Positions 11,007 to 24,290 are shown, counted from the stretch's first letter. The stretch: DNA of 64,000 nucleotides from Squalus acanthias (GCA_030390025.1 CM059432.1:30940001-31004000), one strand, 5' to 3'. Notes: generated from the sequence alone by a model not told the origin. Numbers and translations: made by a program.

Positions 11007-12641
11007 ATGACCAAGAGTCTGGTCAAAGAGGTGGAGCATCTTAAAGGAGGAAAGAGAGGTAGAGAGGTGGAGAGGTTTAGGGAAGGAATTCTAGAGCTTA
11101 GGACCATGGCAGCTGAAGGCACGGCCGCCAATAGTGGAGCGGTTAAAATCAGGAATGCTCAAGAGGCCAGAATTGGAGGAGCGCAGATATCTCGGAGGGT
11201 TGAAGGGCTGGAGCAGATTACAGAGGTAGGGAGGGGCGAGGCCATGGAGGGGTTTGAAAACAAGGATGAGAATTTTAAAATCGAGGTCTTGCTTAACCGG
11301 GAGCCAATGTAGGTCAGCGAGCACAGGGGTGATGGGTGAACGGGACTTGGTGTGAGTTAGGACACAGGCAGCTGAGGTTTGGATGACCACAAGTTTACAG
11401 AGGGTAGAACGTAGGAGGACAACCAGGTGTGCATTGGAATAGTCAAGTTTAGAGGTATAAAAGTCATTGATGAAGGTTTCAGCAGCAGATGAGCTGAGAC
11501 ACGGGCGGAGTCAGGCAATGCTATGAAAGTGGAAATAGGCGGTCTTAGATATGTGGTTGGAAGCTCAACTCGGGATCAAATATGACACCAAGGTTCCGAA
11601 CAGTCTGGTTCAGCCTCAGCCAGTTGCCAGGGAGAGAGATGGAGTTGGTGGCTAGGGAACTGAGTTTGTGGCGGGGACCAAAGATGGCTATTGTTTTCCT
11701 CATATTTAGTAGGAGGAAATTTATGCTTATCCAGTAATGGATGTTGGACAAGCAGTCTCACAATTTAGAGACTGTGGAGGGGTTGAGGTAGGTGGTAGTG
11801 AGGTAGAGGTGGGCATCGTCAGCATACATGCGGAAACTGACACTGTGTTTTCAGAAGATGTCGCCGAGGGGCAGCATGTAAATAAGAAATAGGAGGGGGC
11901 CAAGAATCCTTGGGGAACAAGAGGTAATGATGTGGGAGCGAGAAGAAAAACCATTGCAGGTGATTCTCTGGCAAAGACTGGATATATAAGTATGGAACCA
12001 TGCAAGTGCAGTCCCACCCACCTGAACAATGGTGGAGAGGCGTTGAGGAGGATGGAGTTGTCAACTTTTTTTTAATATTAGTTCATGGGATATGGGCGTC
12101 ACTGGCAAGGCCAGCATTTATTGCCCATGAAGCCATGAGACTTCATGGGGTCCAGAGTCAATGTTGACGACTCCCAGGGCCACTCCTTCCCGACTGTATA
12201 CCAATGTGCCACCACAGGTGATGGAGGAGTTTGGGACATTGGTTATCTTTGCATTTCAGGATGATCCTGAAATAGTGAGCAGTTTTGGCAGTCGAGTGCA
12301 GGACCCGATAGTGCTTTATGTGTTCCAGCCAGATCTGGTGGTAAATAGTTGAACCAGTCGTCCACCATATCCGTTCAAGTCGGCGTCCCATGTACAAGGG
12401 ACGGGAGATGAGGGCCATACCAGGGGAAACGGCTAGGTTGAGAGAGAGTAATGGTTTTAATGGAGACTAGGGCATGAAAGGTGGAGGTGAGGGTGTGTTT
12501 GAGCAGATCGGTGACTGCAGAAATGTCATGGTGAATGGAGAGCCAAAGGCTTGACAGTTGGGATTTTGAAAGGGCAATTGTAAATGAATTAGGAGAGAGT
12601 TTTTTCCAGGGGTGGACACAGAAGAAAGTAGGGTTGGTGGG

Positions 12642-15600
12642 ATAGAAACATAGAAACATAGAAGATAGGAGCAGGAGTAGGCCATTCGGCCCCTCGAGCC
12701 TGCTCCGCCATTCAATGCGATCATGGCTGATCATCCAAATTCAGTACCCTGTCCCTGCTTTCTCCCCATATCCCTTGGTCCCTTTAGCCTTAAGAAATAT
12801 ATCTAACTCCTTCTTGTATATAGTTAATGAATTGGCCTCAACTGCCTTCTGTGGTAGAGAATTCCACAGGTTCACCACTCTCTGGGTGAAGAAATTCCTC
12901 CTCATCTCAGTCCTAAATGGCTTACCCCTTATCCTTAGACTGTGACCTCTGGTTCTGGACTACCCCGCCATCGGGAACATCCTTCCTGCATCTAGTCTGT
13001 CTAGTCCTGTTAGAATTTTATAAGTTTCAATGAGATCCCCTCTCATTCTTCTAAACTCTAGCGAATATAAGCCTAATCGACCTAATCTCTCTTCATATGT
13101 CATTCCTGCCATCCCAGGTATCAGTCTGGTGAATCTTCGCTGCACTCCCTCCATGGCAAGAACATCCTTCCTCAGATAAGGTGACCAAAACTGCACAAAA
13201 TACTCAAGGTGTGGTCTCACCAAGGCCCTGTACAACTGCAGCAAGACATCCTTGTTCCTGTACTCGAATCCTCTCGCTATGAAGGCCAACATACCATTTG
13301 CCTTCTTAACCGCCTGCTGCACCTGCATACTTACCTTCAGCGACTGGTGCACAAGGACACCCAGGTCTCGTTGCACTTCCCCTTTTCCCAATCTATTGCC
13401 ATTCAGATAATAATCTGTCTTCCTGTTTTTGCCACCAAAGTGGATAACCTCACATTTATCCACATTATACTGCATCTGCCATGCATCTGCTCAATCACCC
13501 AACCTGTCCAAATCATACTGGAGTTTCTCTGCATCCTCCTCACAGCACACACGCCCACCCAGCTTTGTGTCGTCTGCAAACTTGGAGATATTACATCTAG
13601 TTCCCTCATCTACATCATTAATATATATTGTGAATAGCTGGGGTCCTAGCACCGATCCCTGCTGTACCCCACTAGTCACTGCCTGCCACTCGGAAAAAGA
13701 CCCGTTTATTCCAACTCTTTGCTTCCTGTCTGCCAACCAGTTCTCTATCCAAGTCAGTACCTTACCCCCAATCCCATGTGCTTTAACTTTGCACACCAAT
13801 CTCTTATGCGGGACCTTATCGAAAGCCTTTTGAAAGTCCAAATACACCACATCCACTGGTTCTCCCTTATCTATTCTACCAGTTACATCCTCAAAAAATT
13901 CCAGTAGATTAGTCAAGCATGATTTACCTTTTGTAAATCCATGTTGACTTTGTCCGATCCTGTCACTGTTTTCCAAGTGCTCTGCTATTACATCTTTTAT
14001 AATGGACTCTAGCATTTTCCCCACTACCGATGTCAGGCTTACCGGTCTATAATTCCCCGTTTTCTCTCTACCACCTTTTTTGAATAGTGGGGTTACATTA
14101 GCTACCCTCCAATCCATGGGAACTGTTCCAGAGTCTATAGAATTTTGGAAGATCTCCAGCAATGCATCTACTATTTCTAGGGCCACTTCCTTAAGTACCT
14201 TAGGATGTAGATTATCAGGCCCTGGGGATTTATCGGCCTTCAATCCCGTCAATTTCCCTAACACCATTTCCCTACAAATACTGATTTCATTTAATTCCTC
14301 CCTCTCATTAGACCCTATGTTCCCCGACATCTCTAGGAGGTTATTTGTGTCCTCCTTTGTGAAGACAGAACCAAAGTATGTATTTAATTGGCCTGCCATT
14401 TCTTTGTTCCCCATTATAAATTCCCCTGATTCTGACTGCAAGGGAGCTACGCTTGACTTCACCAATCTTTTTCTCTTCACATATCTATAGAAGCTTTTAC
14501 AGTCAGTTTTTATGTTCCCTGAAAGCTTACTCTCATATTCTATTTTCCCCCTCTTAATTAATCCCTTTGTCCTCCTTTGCTGAATCCTAAACTGCTCCCA
14601 TTCCTCAGGTTTGCTGCTTTTTCTGGCCAATTTGTCTGTCCTCTCCTTGGATCTTATGCTATCCCTAATTTCCCTTGTTAGCCACGGTTGAGTCACCTTT
14701 TTTGTTTTATTTTTATGCCAAACAGGGATGAACAAAATCTGTAGTTCATCCATGCGATCTTTAAATGTTTGCCATTGCCTATCCACCATCAACCCTTTAA
14801 GTAACGCTCCCCAATCCATCCTAGCCAACTCGCGCCTCATACCATCGTAGTTTCCTTTATTTAAATTCAGGACCGCAGTCTCTGAGTCAACTACTTCACT
14901 CTCCATCTTAATGAAGAATTCTATCATATTATGATCGCTCCTCCCCAAGGGGCCTCACACAACAAGATTGCTAATTAATCCTTTCTCATTATATAATACC
15001 CAGTCTAAGATGGCCTGATCTCTAGTTGGTTCCTCGACATATTGCTCCAGGAAACACGGTGGCATAGTGGTTAGCACTGTTGCCTCACAGCGCCAGGGCC
15101 CCGGGTTCGAAACCGGCCTCGGGTGACTCTCTGTGTGGAGTTTGCACATTCTCCTCGTGTCTGCGTGGGTTTCCTCCGGGTGCTCCGGTTTCCTCCCACA
15201 GTCCAAAGATGTGCGGGTTAGGTTGATTTGGCTATGATAAATTGACCCTTAGTGTTAGGGGGATTAAATACGTGGGGTTACGGGGATAGGGTGGGATATG
15301 TGTCAGTGCAGGCTCGATGGGCTGAAATGGTCTCTATCTGCACTGTGGGGATTCTGTGATTCTGTGAAACCATCCCGTATACACTCTAGGAATTCCTCCT
15401 CCACAGTATTGTTACTAACTTGGTTAGCCCAATCTATATGTAGATTGAAGTCACCCATGATGACTGCTTGGGGTGCCCTTATTGCACGCATCTCTAATTT
15501 CCCGTTTAATGCCATCCCCAACCTCAGCATTACTGTTTGGGGGTCTGTATACAACTCCCACTAATGTTTTCTGCCCCATGGTATTTCTCAGCTCTACCCA

Positions 15601-16095
15601 TACAGATTCCACATCATCAGAGCTAATATCCTTCCTTACTATTGTATTAATCTCCTCTTTAACCAGCAATGCTACCCCACCTCCTTTTCCTTTTTGTCTG
15701 TCCTTCCTGAATATTGAATACCCCTGGATGTTGAATTCCCAGACTTGGTCACCCTGGAGCCATGTCTCCGTAATCCCAATTATATCATATCCGTTTACAT
15801 CCATTTGTGCAGCTAATTCATCCACCTTATTACGAATGCTCCTCGCATTAAGACACAAAGCCTTCAGGCTTGTTTTTTTAACACTCTTAGTCCTTTTAGA
15901 ATTATTATTTACTGTGGCCCTGTTTGATTTACACCCTTGATTTCTCTGCCTTCCACTTTTGCTTTTCTCCTTCCTGACTTTTGCTTCTATCCTTGCTTCC
16001 CTTTCCTCTGTCTCCCTGCACAGGTTCTAAACCCCCTGCCATTTTTGCTTAAACCCTCCCCAACAGCACTAGCAAACACTCCCCCTGGTACATCG
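12642..16095 (-). mobile_element. CR1 LINE with near-complete ORF2 (few lesions), inserted into L2
   Basis: ORFs 15451-15858 (EN: CLNARSI..ITETWL..GGGVAL), 13491-14948 ([18 protein letters not shown]) and 12960-13475; (TTTCTATG)n tail. Confidence 0.95.
15056..15365 (+). mobile_element. HE1/V-SINE (tRNA-derived) inserted in CR1
   Basis: A box TGGCATAGTGG, B box GGTTCGAAACC, V-domain GTGTGGAGTTTGCAC..CTCCGGTTTCCTCCCACAGTCCAAA, (GATTCTGT)2 tail; flanking GAAAC duplication. Confidence 0.9.
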
Positions 16096-17660
16096 GGGAA
16101 GGGGATGTGGGTGGTGAGCGATATAAGGAAGTGATCAGAGATGGCATTATCTGTGTTTAACATGAAAGGAGTAGCATGGCTACGTGAGATAACAAGGTCA
16201 AGGGGGTGGCCGTGAATATGTGTTTTGGAGTTTATATGGAGGGAGAGATTAAGGGAGGATAGGAGGGCAGTGAACTCAGAGGAGGAATGGCATAATGAAT
16301 TGAGATGGAGGTTGAAATCACCGAGGATGAGAAGTCGCTCGATGCAGAGGCTGAGGGAGGAAAGCAGTGAAGATGTCTCAGTGAGAACATTTTTATAGTA
16401 CTTGGGTGGATGGTAGAGAACGAGGATTTTAAATGAGAGGCGAGACGGGTGGAACAAAGTGAGATGCTCAAAGGAGGAGAAAATGCTAGAGGAGTAGGGG
16501 GGCAGACCAAGGTATGGTTTGGTGAAACGAACCACACCACCACTGCGACAGTCTTGGCGTGGTAAGTAGCGGAACACACCATGAAGTACAGTGACTAATG
16601 TTATGTAAGGTAGTGAGGAGCAGCACTGAGACTAGCAGTGTTATTTCTACTGCTGCCCCAACTGAGTTCATTTAACTGTTCCAATGGGAAAAATCCCAGG
16701 AAAATATTCAGTGATTCATTCGCTGCACAGTTAATGGTCTAAAAGGCAATGATGACGGAATGAGGGAAACTAGTGACCGGGAACATCAAATTCAATCCCT
16801 TGTATTTCGATGTGAAAGAAATGGAGAAATAAGCCCTGAAGATTAAGCCACGGCAACTTGTTCAGCTCTTTTAACAAGAGATGTCAACTCATTTACAGAG
16901 CCTAAAGCCTTCATTAAAAAAAGTGGAGGGAGAGGAATTTCAAACAAACGCATTGGACATTCTTCTACCAGTATTGAACATTCTCATTTCAGAGCCTTGG
17001 CTTTAGAAGTTATTAATATGCACTGTTTTCAAACGGGATTATTAAATACATTTTTCACTGAATGGTAATAAGGTGGTCAAAGGTTTCTGGTTCTAAGGCA
17101 ACAGAGCTAGGGCAAGGAATGGGAGAAGTTGAATTAAAGTTTATCTAAACTTGGACCAGTTCCATGGAAGCAAACTAGTTTGTTGAGCTTTGACTTGAAC
17201 ACATTTTAATTTTGCTTTCCAGTAATGAAATGGAAACTTGGAGCCCAGCTGAGCTTTTGTTATGCCACTGTAGGAGGGAGTAGTGAATTTAGTGCTTTAG
17301 AGTTGGCTTGAATTACATTGGAGACTGTTCATTCATCAGGCAACACTTGCTATGAAATGCGGTGAAGTTAATCTTTTACCGTATCCACCAGTATCAAGCA
17401 CTGCCATGTCAAACATTAAATATGTTGGATACAGGACAAGTTCTCTTTCTCTGGATGTCACAAACAATGCCTATTATATTATTTTGATCAGCTGGGTTTC
17501 AGACACTTGTGGGATTCCATCATCATGCTTAGGAGTCTCCAAACCAAACTCCTAAGAAATCCTTGACTAGTTTCAGTTTGTCTGACATGGACGTCATACT
17601 GTCTTCCTATGAGGACACACCACAGCACGTTTAGGCTAAATTAGCAATAGTCAAGAATAT

Positions 17661-17932
17661 GGGCTGGATTTTGATACTGGGGCGGGTTGGGGTCGTGTCA
17701 TCCGCATTTCGTGTTATCCACCCGACTGCAATTGGATGTGGGAGATTGATGCAATTTTCACCTAATTGGGCAATTGAGTTCCAGCATGTGGGAACCCATG
17801 AACCAATTAGTGGTTTCAGTCTGAAAGTCGCCTCTGATGATGTCATCATTGATGCTGCATTGAAGGTCAGAGACTGCTTGGCCTTTGCTGTGAGAGGACC
17901 TGGATGCAAAGTGAGCAGCAGCTCTAAGTGTG

Positions 17933-17963
<31 letters not shown>

Positions 17964-18326
17964 TTTTTGGCTCCACCACTCCCTCACTGATACTCAGCGC
18001 AGCCACTGATATTCAGCTATCCACATGTGCTCCCACCAGGTTTCACAATCGTGTTTCAGAACAGGCGTGCTTCACGTAGAACAAGGGTTAAAATCACAAA
18101 GGCCTTTCAAAATGGCATTATAGAGCCAATTTAGTGCTTGTTAAGGGCCTTAACAGCCTATCCCGTCTCTTAAAGGCGGGACGCAGGCGGGACCAGCAGA
18201 CACGATTTCATCAAAATTGCGTGGAGGCGGGATGGAGGCGGACTTGTGCCCGCCCGCCACTTTTCGCAATTTTAACCCCCCACACACCTCCAAACCCGCC
18301 TCCACGGGTCAATGAAAATCCAGCCC
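17661..18326. mobile_element. PIF/Harbinger MITE, family C
   Basis: Perfect TIR GGGCTGGATTTT; TSD TAT; right end homologous to the left end of 61201-62042. Confidence 0.88.
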
Positions 18327-18397
18327 TATGTGTTCATAGGACTACAGTTGAAGTTCAACTTGGCTAAATCTGTGCAGTTTACCAGTACCAGGCACTG

Positions 18398-19846
18398 ATG
18401 AGTAACATAACCCTGCTATTTAAGAAAGGAGGAAGAGAAAAAACAGGGAACTATAGGCCAGTTAGCCTGACATCAGTAGTAGGCAAATTGCTAGAATCTA
18501 TTATTAGGGACATGATAACAGGACACTTAGAAAATCATAATATGATTAGGCAGAGTCAACATGGTTTTATGAAAAGGAAATTGTGTTTGACAAATCTGTT
18601 AGAGTTTTTTGAAGATGTAACTAGTAGGATGGATAAGGGGGAACCAGTGGATGTAGTGTATTTGGATTTTCAAAAAGCATTCGATAAGGTGCCACACAAG
18701 AGGTTATTACACAAAATTAGGATTCATGGTATTGGGAGTAATATATTAGCATGGATTGAGGATTGGTTAATGGACAGAAAACAGAGAGTAGAAATAAACG
18801 GGATTTTTTCAGGTTGGCAGGCTGTAACTAGTAGGGTACCGCAAGGATCAGTGCTTGGGCCTCAGCTATTTACAATCTATATTAATGACTTAGATGAAAG
18901 GACTGAGTGTAACGTATCCAAGTTTTCTGATGATACAAAGTTAGGTGGGATAGTAAGCTGTGAGGAGGATGCACAGAGGCTGCAGAGAGATATAGACAGG
19001 TTGACTGAGTGGGCAAGAACATGGCAAATGGATTACAATGTGGGGAAGTGTGAAGTTATCCACTTTGGTAGGAAAAACAAAAAACTGAATATTTTTTGAA
19101 TGGTGAGAGACTGGGAAATGCTTGCACTCAGAGGGACCTGGTTGTCCTTATACATGAATCATGGAAAGTTAACATGCAGGTACAGCAAGCAATTAGGAAA
19201 GCAAATGGTATGCTAGCTTTTGTTACAAGGGGATTAGGGTATAAGAGTAAAGAAGTCTTACTACTATTATACAGGGCATTGGTGAGGCTACACCTGGAGT
19301 ACTGTGTACAATTCTGGTCTCCTTACCTAAGGAAAGACATACTTACCTTAGAGGGAGTGCAGTGAATGTTCACTAGACTGGTTCCTGGGATGAGGGGGTT
19401 GCCCTATGAGGAGAGATTGAGTAGACTATATTCCCTAGAGTTTAGAAGAATGAGAGGTGATCTAATTGAAACATATAAAATTCTTAAGGGGCTTGACAGG
19501 GTTAAGGCTGGGGAAATGTTTCCCCTAGCTGGGGAATCTAGAACACGAGGTCACAGTCACAGAATAAGGGGTAGGCCATTTAGGACTGAGATGAGGAGAA
19601 ATTTCTTCACTCAAAGGGTTGTGAATCTTTGGAATTCTCTACCCCAGAGAGCTGTGGATGCTCAGTTGTTGAGTATATTCAAGACAGAAGTCGATAAGTT
19701 TTTGGGAACGAAGGGAATTAGGGATATGGGGATAGTGCGGGAAGGTGGAGTTGAGGTAGAAGATCAGCCATGATCTTGTTGAATGGCAGAGCAGGCTTGA
19801 AGGGCCAAATTGCCTACTCCTGCTCCTATTTCTTATGTTCTTATGT
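18398..19846 (+). mobile_element. 5'-truncated CR1 LINE (RT to 3' tail)
   Basis: [34 protein letters not shown]; frameshifts and a stop; TTCTTATG tail. Confidence 0.95.
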
Positions 19847-21354
19847 TTTTGCTTTTCATCAAGCTAGGACCAACCAACTGGTTAGAACATTGAGTTGCAG
19901 AGTTACCTGGAGCCAAGAAAGAAACATCGCAGCTCCAGTAGCAGGACTATTCCTTCATGTACCACCAATAAGCCAATCATCAAAGCACTCTGAAACACTA
20001 CACCTGGCTCAGGTATCAGAATACTAAATTTGCCACAAGGAAATGATTCAGTTCCAATCTCTCATTGGCAACCATATGATCTTGGAAGCAGTTCAACTCC
20101 AAATCCTTTTGTATTAATAGACTTGTCAAAGAGAGTGTGGTTTATGGTGTCATGTGAGAGGAAGCTAGGAGCGATCCATTTTATATTATACTCCATGTTA
20201 CATCAGGAGTATTAGAGGGGCAATCGAAACAACATGCATGTTAGAGCTCTGTTGGTTACAGTATATCACACTTCTGTGGGCTAAATGGCATATACTGAGA
20301 CTGGATTAAACCTTAACTAACTGAATAAAATCTGGTTCATGCTATTAATTTAACTTAGAAACTTATTTTGTTTCAGAGGCTATTAAAAGTTATTTTAGGA
20401 TTCATTGAACTTATAGATAATAATGCAATACAAATGAAATGTTTGTTAATTTGAATTAAATTTGGATATGTAAGTGGTTCTATAAATAAATATTATGAAT
20501 GAATATTTAGAATGATGATAAGATACTTGTACTTATTAAGTGGCTTATCATGTCTCTCACAAACAACACAGTGCTTCACACAGTTAACTAATTTTGGAGT
20601 ACAATGATTGTCATTATATAAACAAACATGTCAGCCATTTTGAGTGCAGCGAGCTCCCATAAATAGCAATGGGATGAATAGCCAAGTCGGGCCTAGGGTC
20701 ATACTACAAGGCAGCAGCAGATGGTCCAAACATTGGGGAGGTTATTTTAATGAACCAAAAGTCTACTCTATTTCCTTCTTGTGAATGAATGTTGCTATAA
20801 GCCCTTCCTTGAGATGTTTGAGGGTTCTGCAGTGATGTCATTTGGAGCAGATAATCCAACTTTTGCAGGACACAGCCTTGCATTCTGTCTTCCCGTTGAA
20901 AATTTGTGGAACCCCTTGATTTTCTCAATATTCCCTCACTACCTGTGACTAGTGAGGGAGCAGTAACCTTTTCAATTAATAAAGGGAAGGGCATGGCCTT
21001 AGGTTGCTAGAATGACAAAGTTTGTGTAAGCAATGATGTATTGTACTCAGGGAATGACATATAACTGGTAAACTTGGGCGTGGCTCTCCAGATAGTGCTG
21101 CATGCTGGTGTTGAACTTGATGTGTACAGACATGTGGTGAAAGAGGGCACCTGTTAACTCTGCAACAAAGTGGGGAACTACTGATGCCTGGAAGGATTGA
21201 GTAGAAGATTAGTGCAGTAGTCACTTTCACTTCCGGTGATAGTGTCATCCAACGTTTTCCCTCAGTTATGCATCGATTCTAGTTAAGAGATTCACATCTC
21301 TTTTGAGCTCATAGTTTTCTGATAGCTTAACTGATTGCACAAAATGCAGTTCTA

Positions 21355-21686
21355 CGGGAATGCTGCACTGTTGGCGTTGTCATCCTTCGGATGAAATATT
21401 AAACAGAAACCCTGTGTTCCTGTTCCAGTGGTTCAGGCGGACATAAAAGATCCCATAACACTATTTGAAGACGAGCAAGGAATTCTCCCGGTGATCTGAC
21501 CAATACTTGTCCCTCAACCAAAACTACCAGAAAAAGATCATTAATCTCAGTTGCTGTTTGCGGGACCTTGCTCTGTGCAGAGCCGATGCCATATTTGTCT
21601 ATATAATAAGAGTGACCGCATTTCATAGAAATGTCTTTGGTTATAAGTGCTTTGGTACATCCTAAGGGCTACATGAATGCAAGTTA
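21355..21686 (+). mobile_element. SacSINE1-like Deu-SINE fragment
   Basis: Homologous to 61070-62362 (GCTGCACTGT..TAAAAGATCCCAT..CTATTTGAAG; L2-like tail). Confidence 0.65.
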
Positions 21687-24290
21687 AGAACATAAGAACA
21701 TAAGAAATAGGAGCAGGAGTAGGCCAATCGGCCCCTCGAGCCTGCTCCGCCATTCAATAAGATCATGGCTGATCTGATCCTAACCGCCAATCTACTATCT
21801 ATCACAGAACCATCTCCTGCATCTAACAGAATTGCACACACGAAATAGGAGCAGAATCAGGCTACACAGTCCCTGGGCCCGCTCCACTACCCACAGGGCC
21901 ATGACCGATCCGAACCTAGACTCATGTCCAAATTCCTGCCCGCTCCCCGTAACCCTTAATGCCCTTTACTTCTAGGAAACTGTCTATTTCTGTTTTAAAT
22001 TTAATTAATGTTGTAGCTTCTACAGCTTTTTGTGGCAGCATATTCCATGGACCTACCACCCTCTGAGTGAAGTAGTTCCTCCTCATCTCAGTTTTGAAAG
22101 AGCAGCCCCTTATTCTAAGACTATGTCCCCTAGTTCTCGTCTCACCCGTCATCGGGAACATCCTCCCCGCATCCACCCGATCCAACCCCTTCACAATCTT
22201 ATATGTTTCAATAAGATCGCCTCTCATTCTTCTGAACTCCAATGAGTAGAGTCCCAATCTACCCAACCTCTCCTCATATGACCACCCCCTCATCCCCGGG
22301 ATTAACCGAGTGAACCTTTTTTGCACTGCCTCGAGAGCAAGGATGTCTTTCCTTAAGTAAGGACACCAAAACTGTATGCAGTATTCCAGGTGCGGTCTCA
22401 CCAATACCTTGTACAACTGAAGCAATACCTCCCTATTTTTATATTCTATCCCCCTAGCAATGAAAGCCAACATTCCATTTGCCTTCTTAATCACTTGCTG
22501 CACCTGCATACTAACCTTTTGAGTTTCGTGCACCAGGACCCCCAGATCCCTTTGCACTTCAGTACTCTCCAGTTTCTTGCCATTAAGATAATAAATTGCT
22601 CTAGGATTTTTCCTGCCAAAGTGCATCACCTCACACTTTCCAGTGTTGTATTCCATCTGCCAAATCTCTGCCCACTTACTTAGCCTGTCTATGTCCCCTT
22701 GCAGGTTTTTTATGTCCTCCTCACTCACTACTTTCCCTCCCATCTTTGTATCATCTGCAAATTTTGATATGTTACACTTGGTCCCTTCCTCCAAATCGTT
22801 AATATAGATTGTGAAGAGTTGGGGACCCAGCACTGACCCCTGTGGAACACCACTAGTTACTGATTGCCAGTCTGAGAATGAACCATTTATCCCAACTCTT
22901 TGCTTTCTGTTAGATAGCCAATCCTCTATCCATGCCAGAATATTACCCCCAATCCCGTGATTTTTTACCTTAAGCAATAATCTTTTGTGTGGCACCTTGT
23001 CAAATGCCTTTTGGAAGTCTAAATACACTACGTCCACTGGTTCCCCTTTATCCACTCTATATGTTACTTCCTCAAAGAACTCCAGCAAATTTGTCAAACA
23101 TGACTTCCCCTTCGTAAAACCATGCTGACTTTGTCCTATTAAATTATGATTATCCAAATGTCCTGTTACTGTTTCCTTAATAATGGACTCCAAAATTTTA
23201 CCTACCACAGATGTTAGGCTAACCGGTCTATAGTTACCAGCCTTCTGTCTACTGCCCTTTTTAAATAAGGGTGTTACATTAGCAGTTTTCCAGTCTGCCG
23301 GGACCTTAGCGGAATCCAGGGAGTTTTGAAAAATTATTACCAATGCATCTACAATCCCTACCGCCACTTCCTTCAAGACTCTAGGATGTAAGCCATCAGG
23401 TCCAGGTGATTTATCCGCCTTGAGTCCCATTATTTTACCGAGTACCACTTCCTTAGTGATTTTGATCGTGTTTAGCTCCTCTCCCCCTATAGCCCCCTGT
23501 TTGTCCAGTGTTGGGATATTCTTAGTGTCCTCTACTGTAAAGACTGATACAAAATATTCATTCAGTGTTTTTGCCATCTCCATATTTCCCACCATTAATT
23601 TCCCGGTCTCATCCTCTAAGGGACCAACATTTACTTTAGCCACCCTTTTTCTTTTTATATAACTATAAAAACTCTTACTATCTGTTTTTATATTTTTTGC
23701 TAATTTACTTTCATAATCTATCTTCCCTTTCTTAATCAATCTTTTTGTTATTTTTTGCTGCCTTTTAAAGTTTTCCCAATCCTCTGTCCTCCCACTAGAT
23801 TTCGCTACCTTATATGCCCTTGTTTTTAGTCGAATACTATCCTTAATTTCTTTACTTAGCCACGGATGACTGTCCTTTCTTTTACACCCTTTTCTTTTCA
23901 GTGGAATATATTTTTTTTGGAAGTTGTAAAATAACTCCTTGAATGTACACCACTGATCATGTGTCGTCTTACCCTTTAATCTATTTTCCCAATCCACTCT
24001 ACTCAATTCTGCTCGCATACCTTCATAGTCTCCTTTATTCAAGCTTAGCACGCTTGTTTGAGATCCAACCTTCTCACCCTCTAATTGAATATGGAATTCA
24101 ACCATGTTATGGTCACTCATTCCAAGGGGATCCTTTACTAGGACATTTTTAATTAATCCTGTCTCGTTACACAGGACCAGATCTAAGGTTGCTTGCCCCC
24201 TGGTCGGTTCAGTTACATACTGCTCAAGAAACCCATCCCTAATACACTCAATGAACTCATCCTCAAGGCAGCCCTGCCCCATTTGATTTA
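21687..24290 (-). mobile_element. Young 5'-truncated CR1 LINE
   Basis: Uninterrupted ORF2 fragment plus 3'UTR and (TTCTTATG)n tail. Confidence 0.95.
21922..24282 (-). CDS. CR1 ORF2 fragment (C-terminal part of APE endonuclease + reverse transcriptase), 786 aa open
   Basis: [60 protein letters not shown]1 C-terminus RTRGHSL. Confidence 0.92.
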   Translation of the reverse strand: MGQGCLEDEFIECIRDGFLEQYVTEPTRGQATLDLVLCNETGLIKNVLVKDPLGMSDHNMVEFHIQLEGEKVGSQTSVLSLNKGDYEGMRAELSRVDWENRLKGKTTHDQWCTFKELFYNFQKKYIPLKRKGCKRKDSHPWLSKEIKDSIRLKTRAYKVAKSSGRTEDWENFKRQQKITKRLIKKGKIDYESKLAKNIKTDSKSFYSYIKRKRVAKVNVGPLEDETGKLMVGNMEMAKTLNEYFVSVFTVEDTKNIPTLDKQGAIGGEELNTIKITKEVVLGKIMGLKADKSPGPDGLHPRVLKEVAVGIVDALVIIFQNSLDSAKVPADWKTANVTPLFKKGSRQKAGNYRPVSLTSVVGKILESIIKETVTGHLDNHNLIGQSQHGFTKGKSCLTNLLEFFEEVTYRVDKGEPVDVVYLDFQKAFDKVPHKRLLLKVKNHGIGGNILAWIEDWLSNRKQRVGINGSFSDWQSVTSGVPQGSVLGPQLFTIYINDLEEGTKCNISKFADDTKMGGKVVSEEDIKNLQGDIDRLSKWAEIWQMEYNTGKCEVMHFGRKNPRAIYYLNGKKLESTEVQRDLGVLVHETQKVSMQVQQVIKKANGMLAFIARGIEYKNREVLLQLYKVLVRPHLEYCIQFWCPYLRKDILALEAVQKRFTRLIPGMRGWSYEERLGRLGLYSLEFRRMRGDLIETYKIVKGLDRVDAGRMFPMTGETRTRGHSLRIRGCSFKTEMRRNYFTQRVVGPWNMLPQKAVEATTLIKFKTEIDSFLEVKGIKGYGERAGIWT

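Larger units (their letters stand above)
10250..16580 (-). mobile_element. Degenerate L2 LINE hosting nested insertions
   Basis: 3' end rc GGCACTATATAAATACATG; ITPVLADLHWLPV..FKIL..HGLAPPYL; VRNLGVIFDPELSF; EN motifs LILGDFNLH..THIHGHPLDLVISR..ISDH at ~16100-16400. Confidence 0.88.

Noticed and set aside
15056..15130. tRNA-like sequence with A/B boxes
   Set aside because: SINE head continuing into V-domain and LINE tail; not a tRNA gene.
14955..15206. MDCGRKPEHPEETHAD ORF repeated at 33944 and 63481
   Set aside because: Antisense reading of the V-SINE core.
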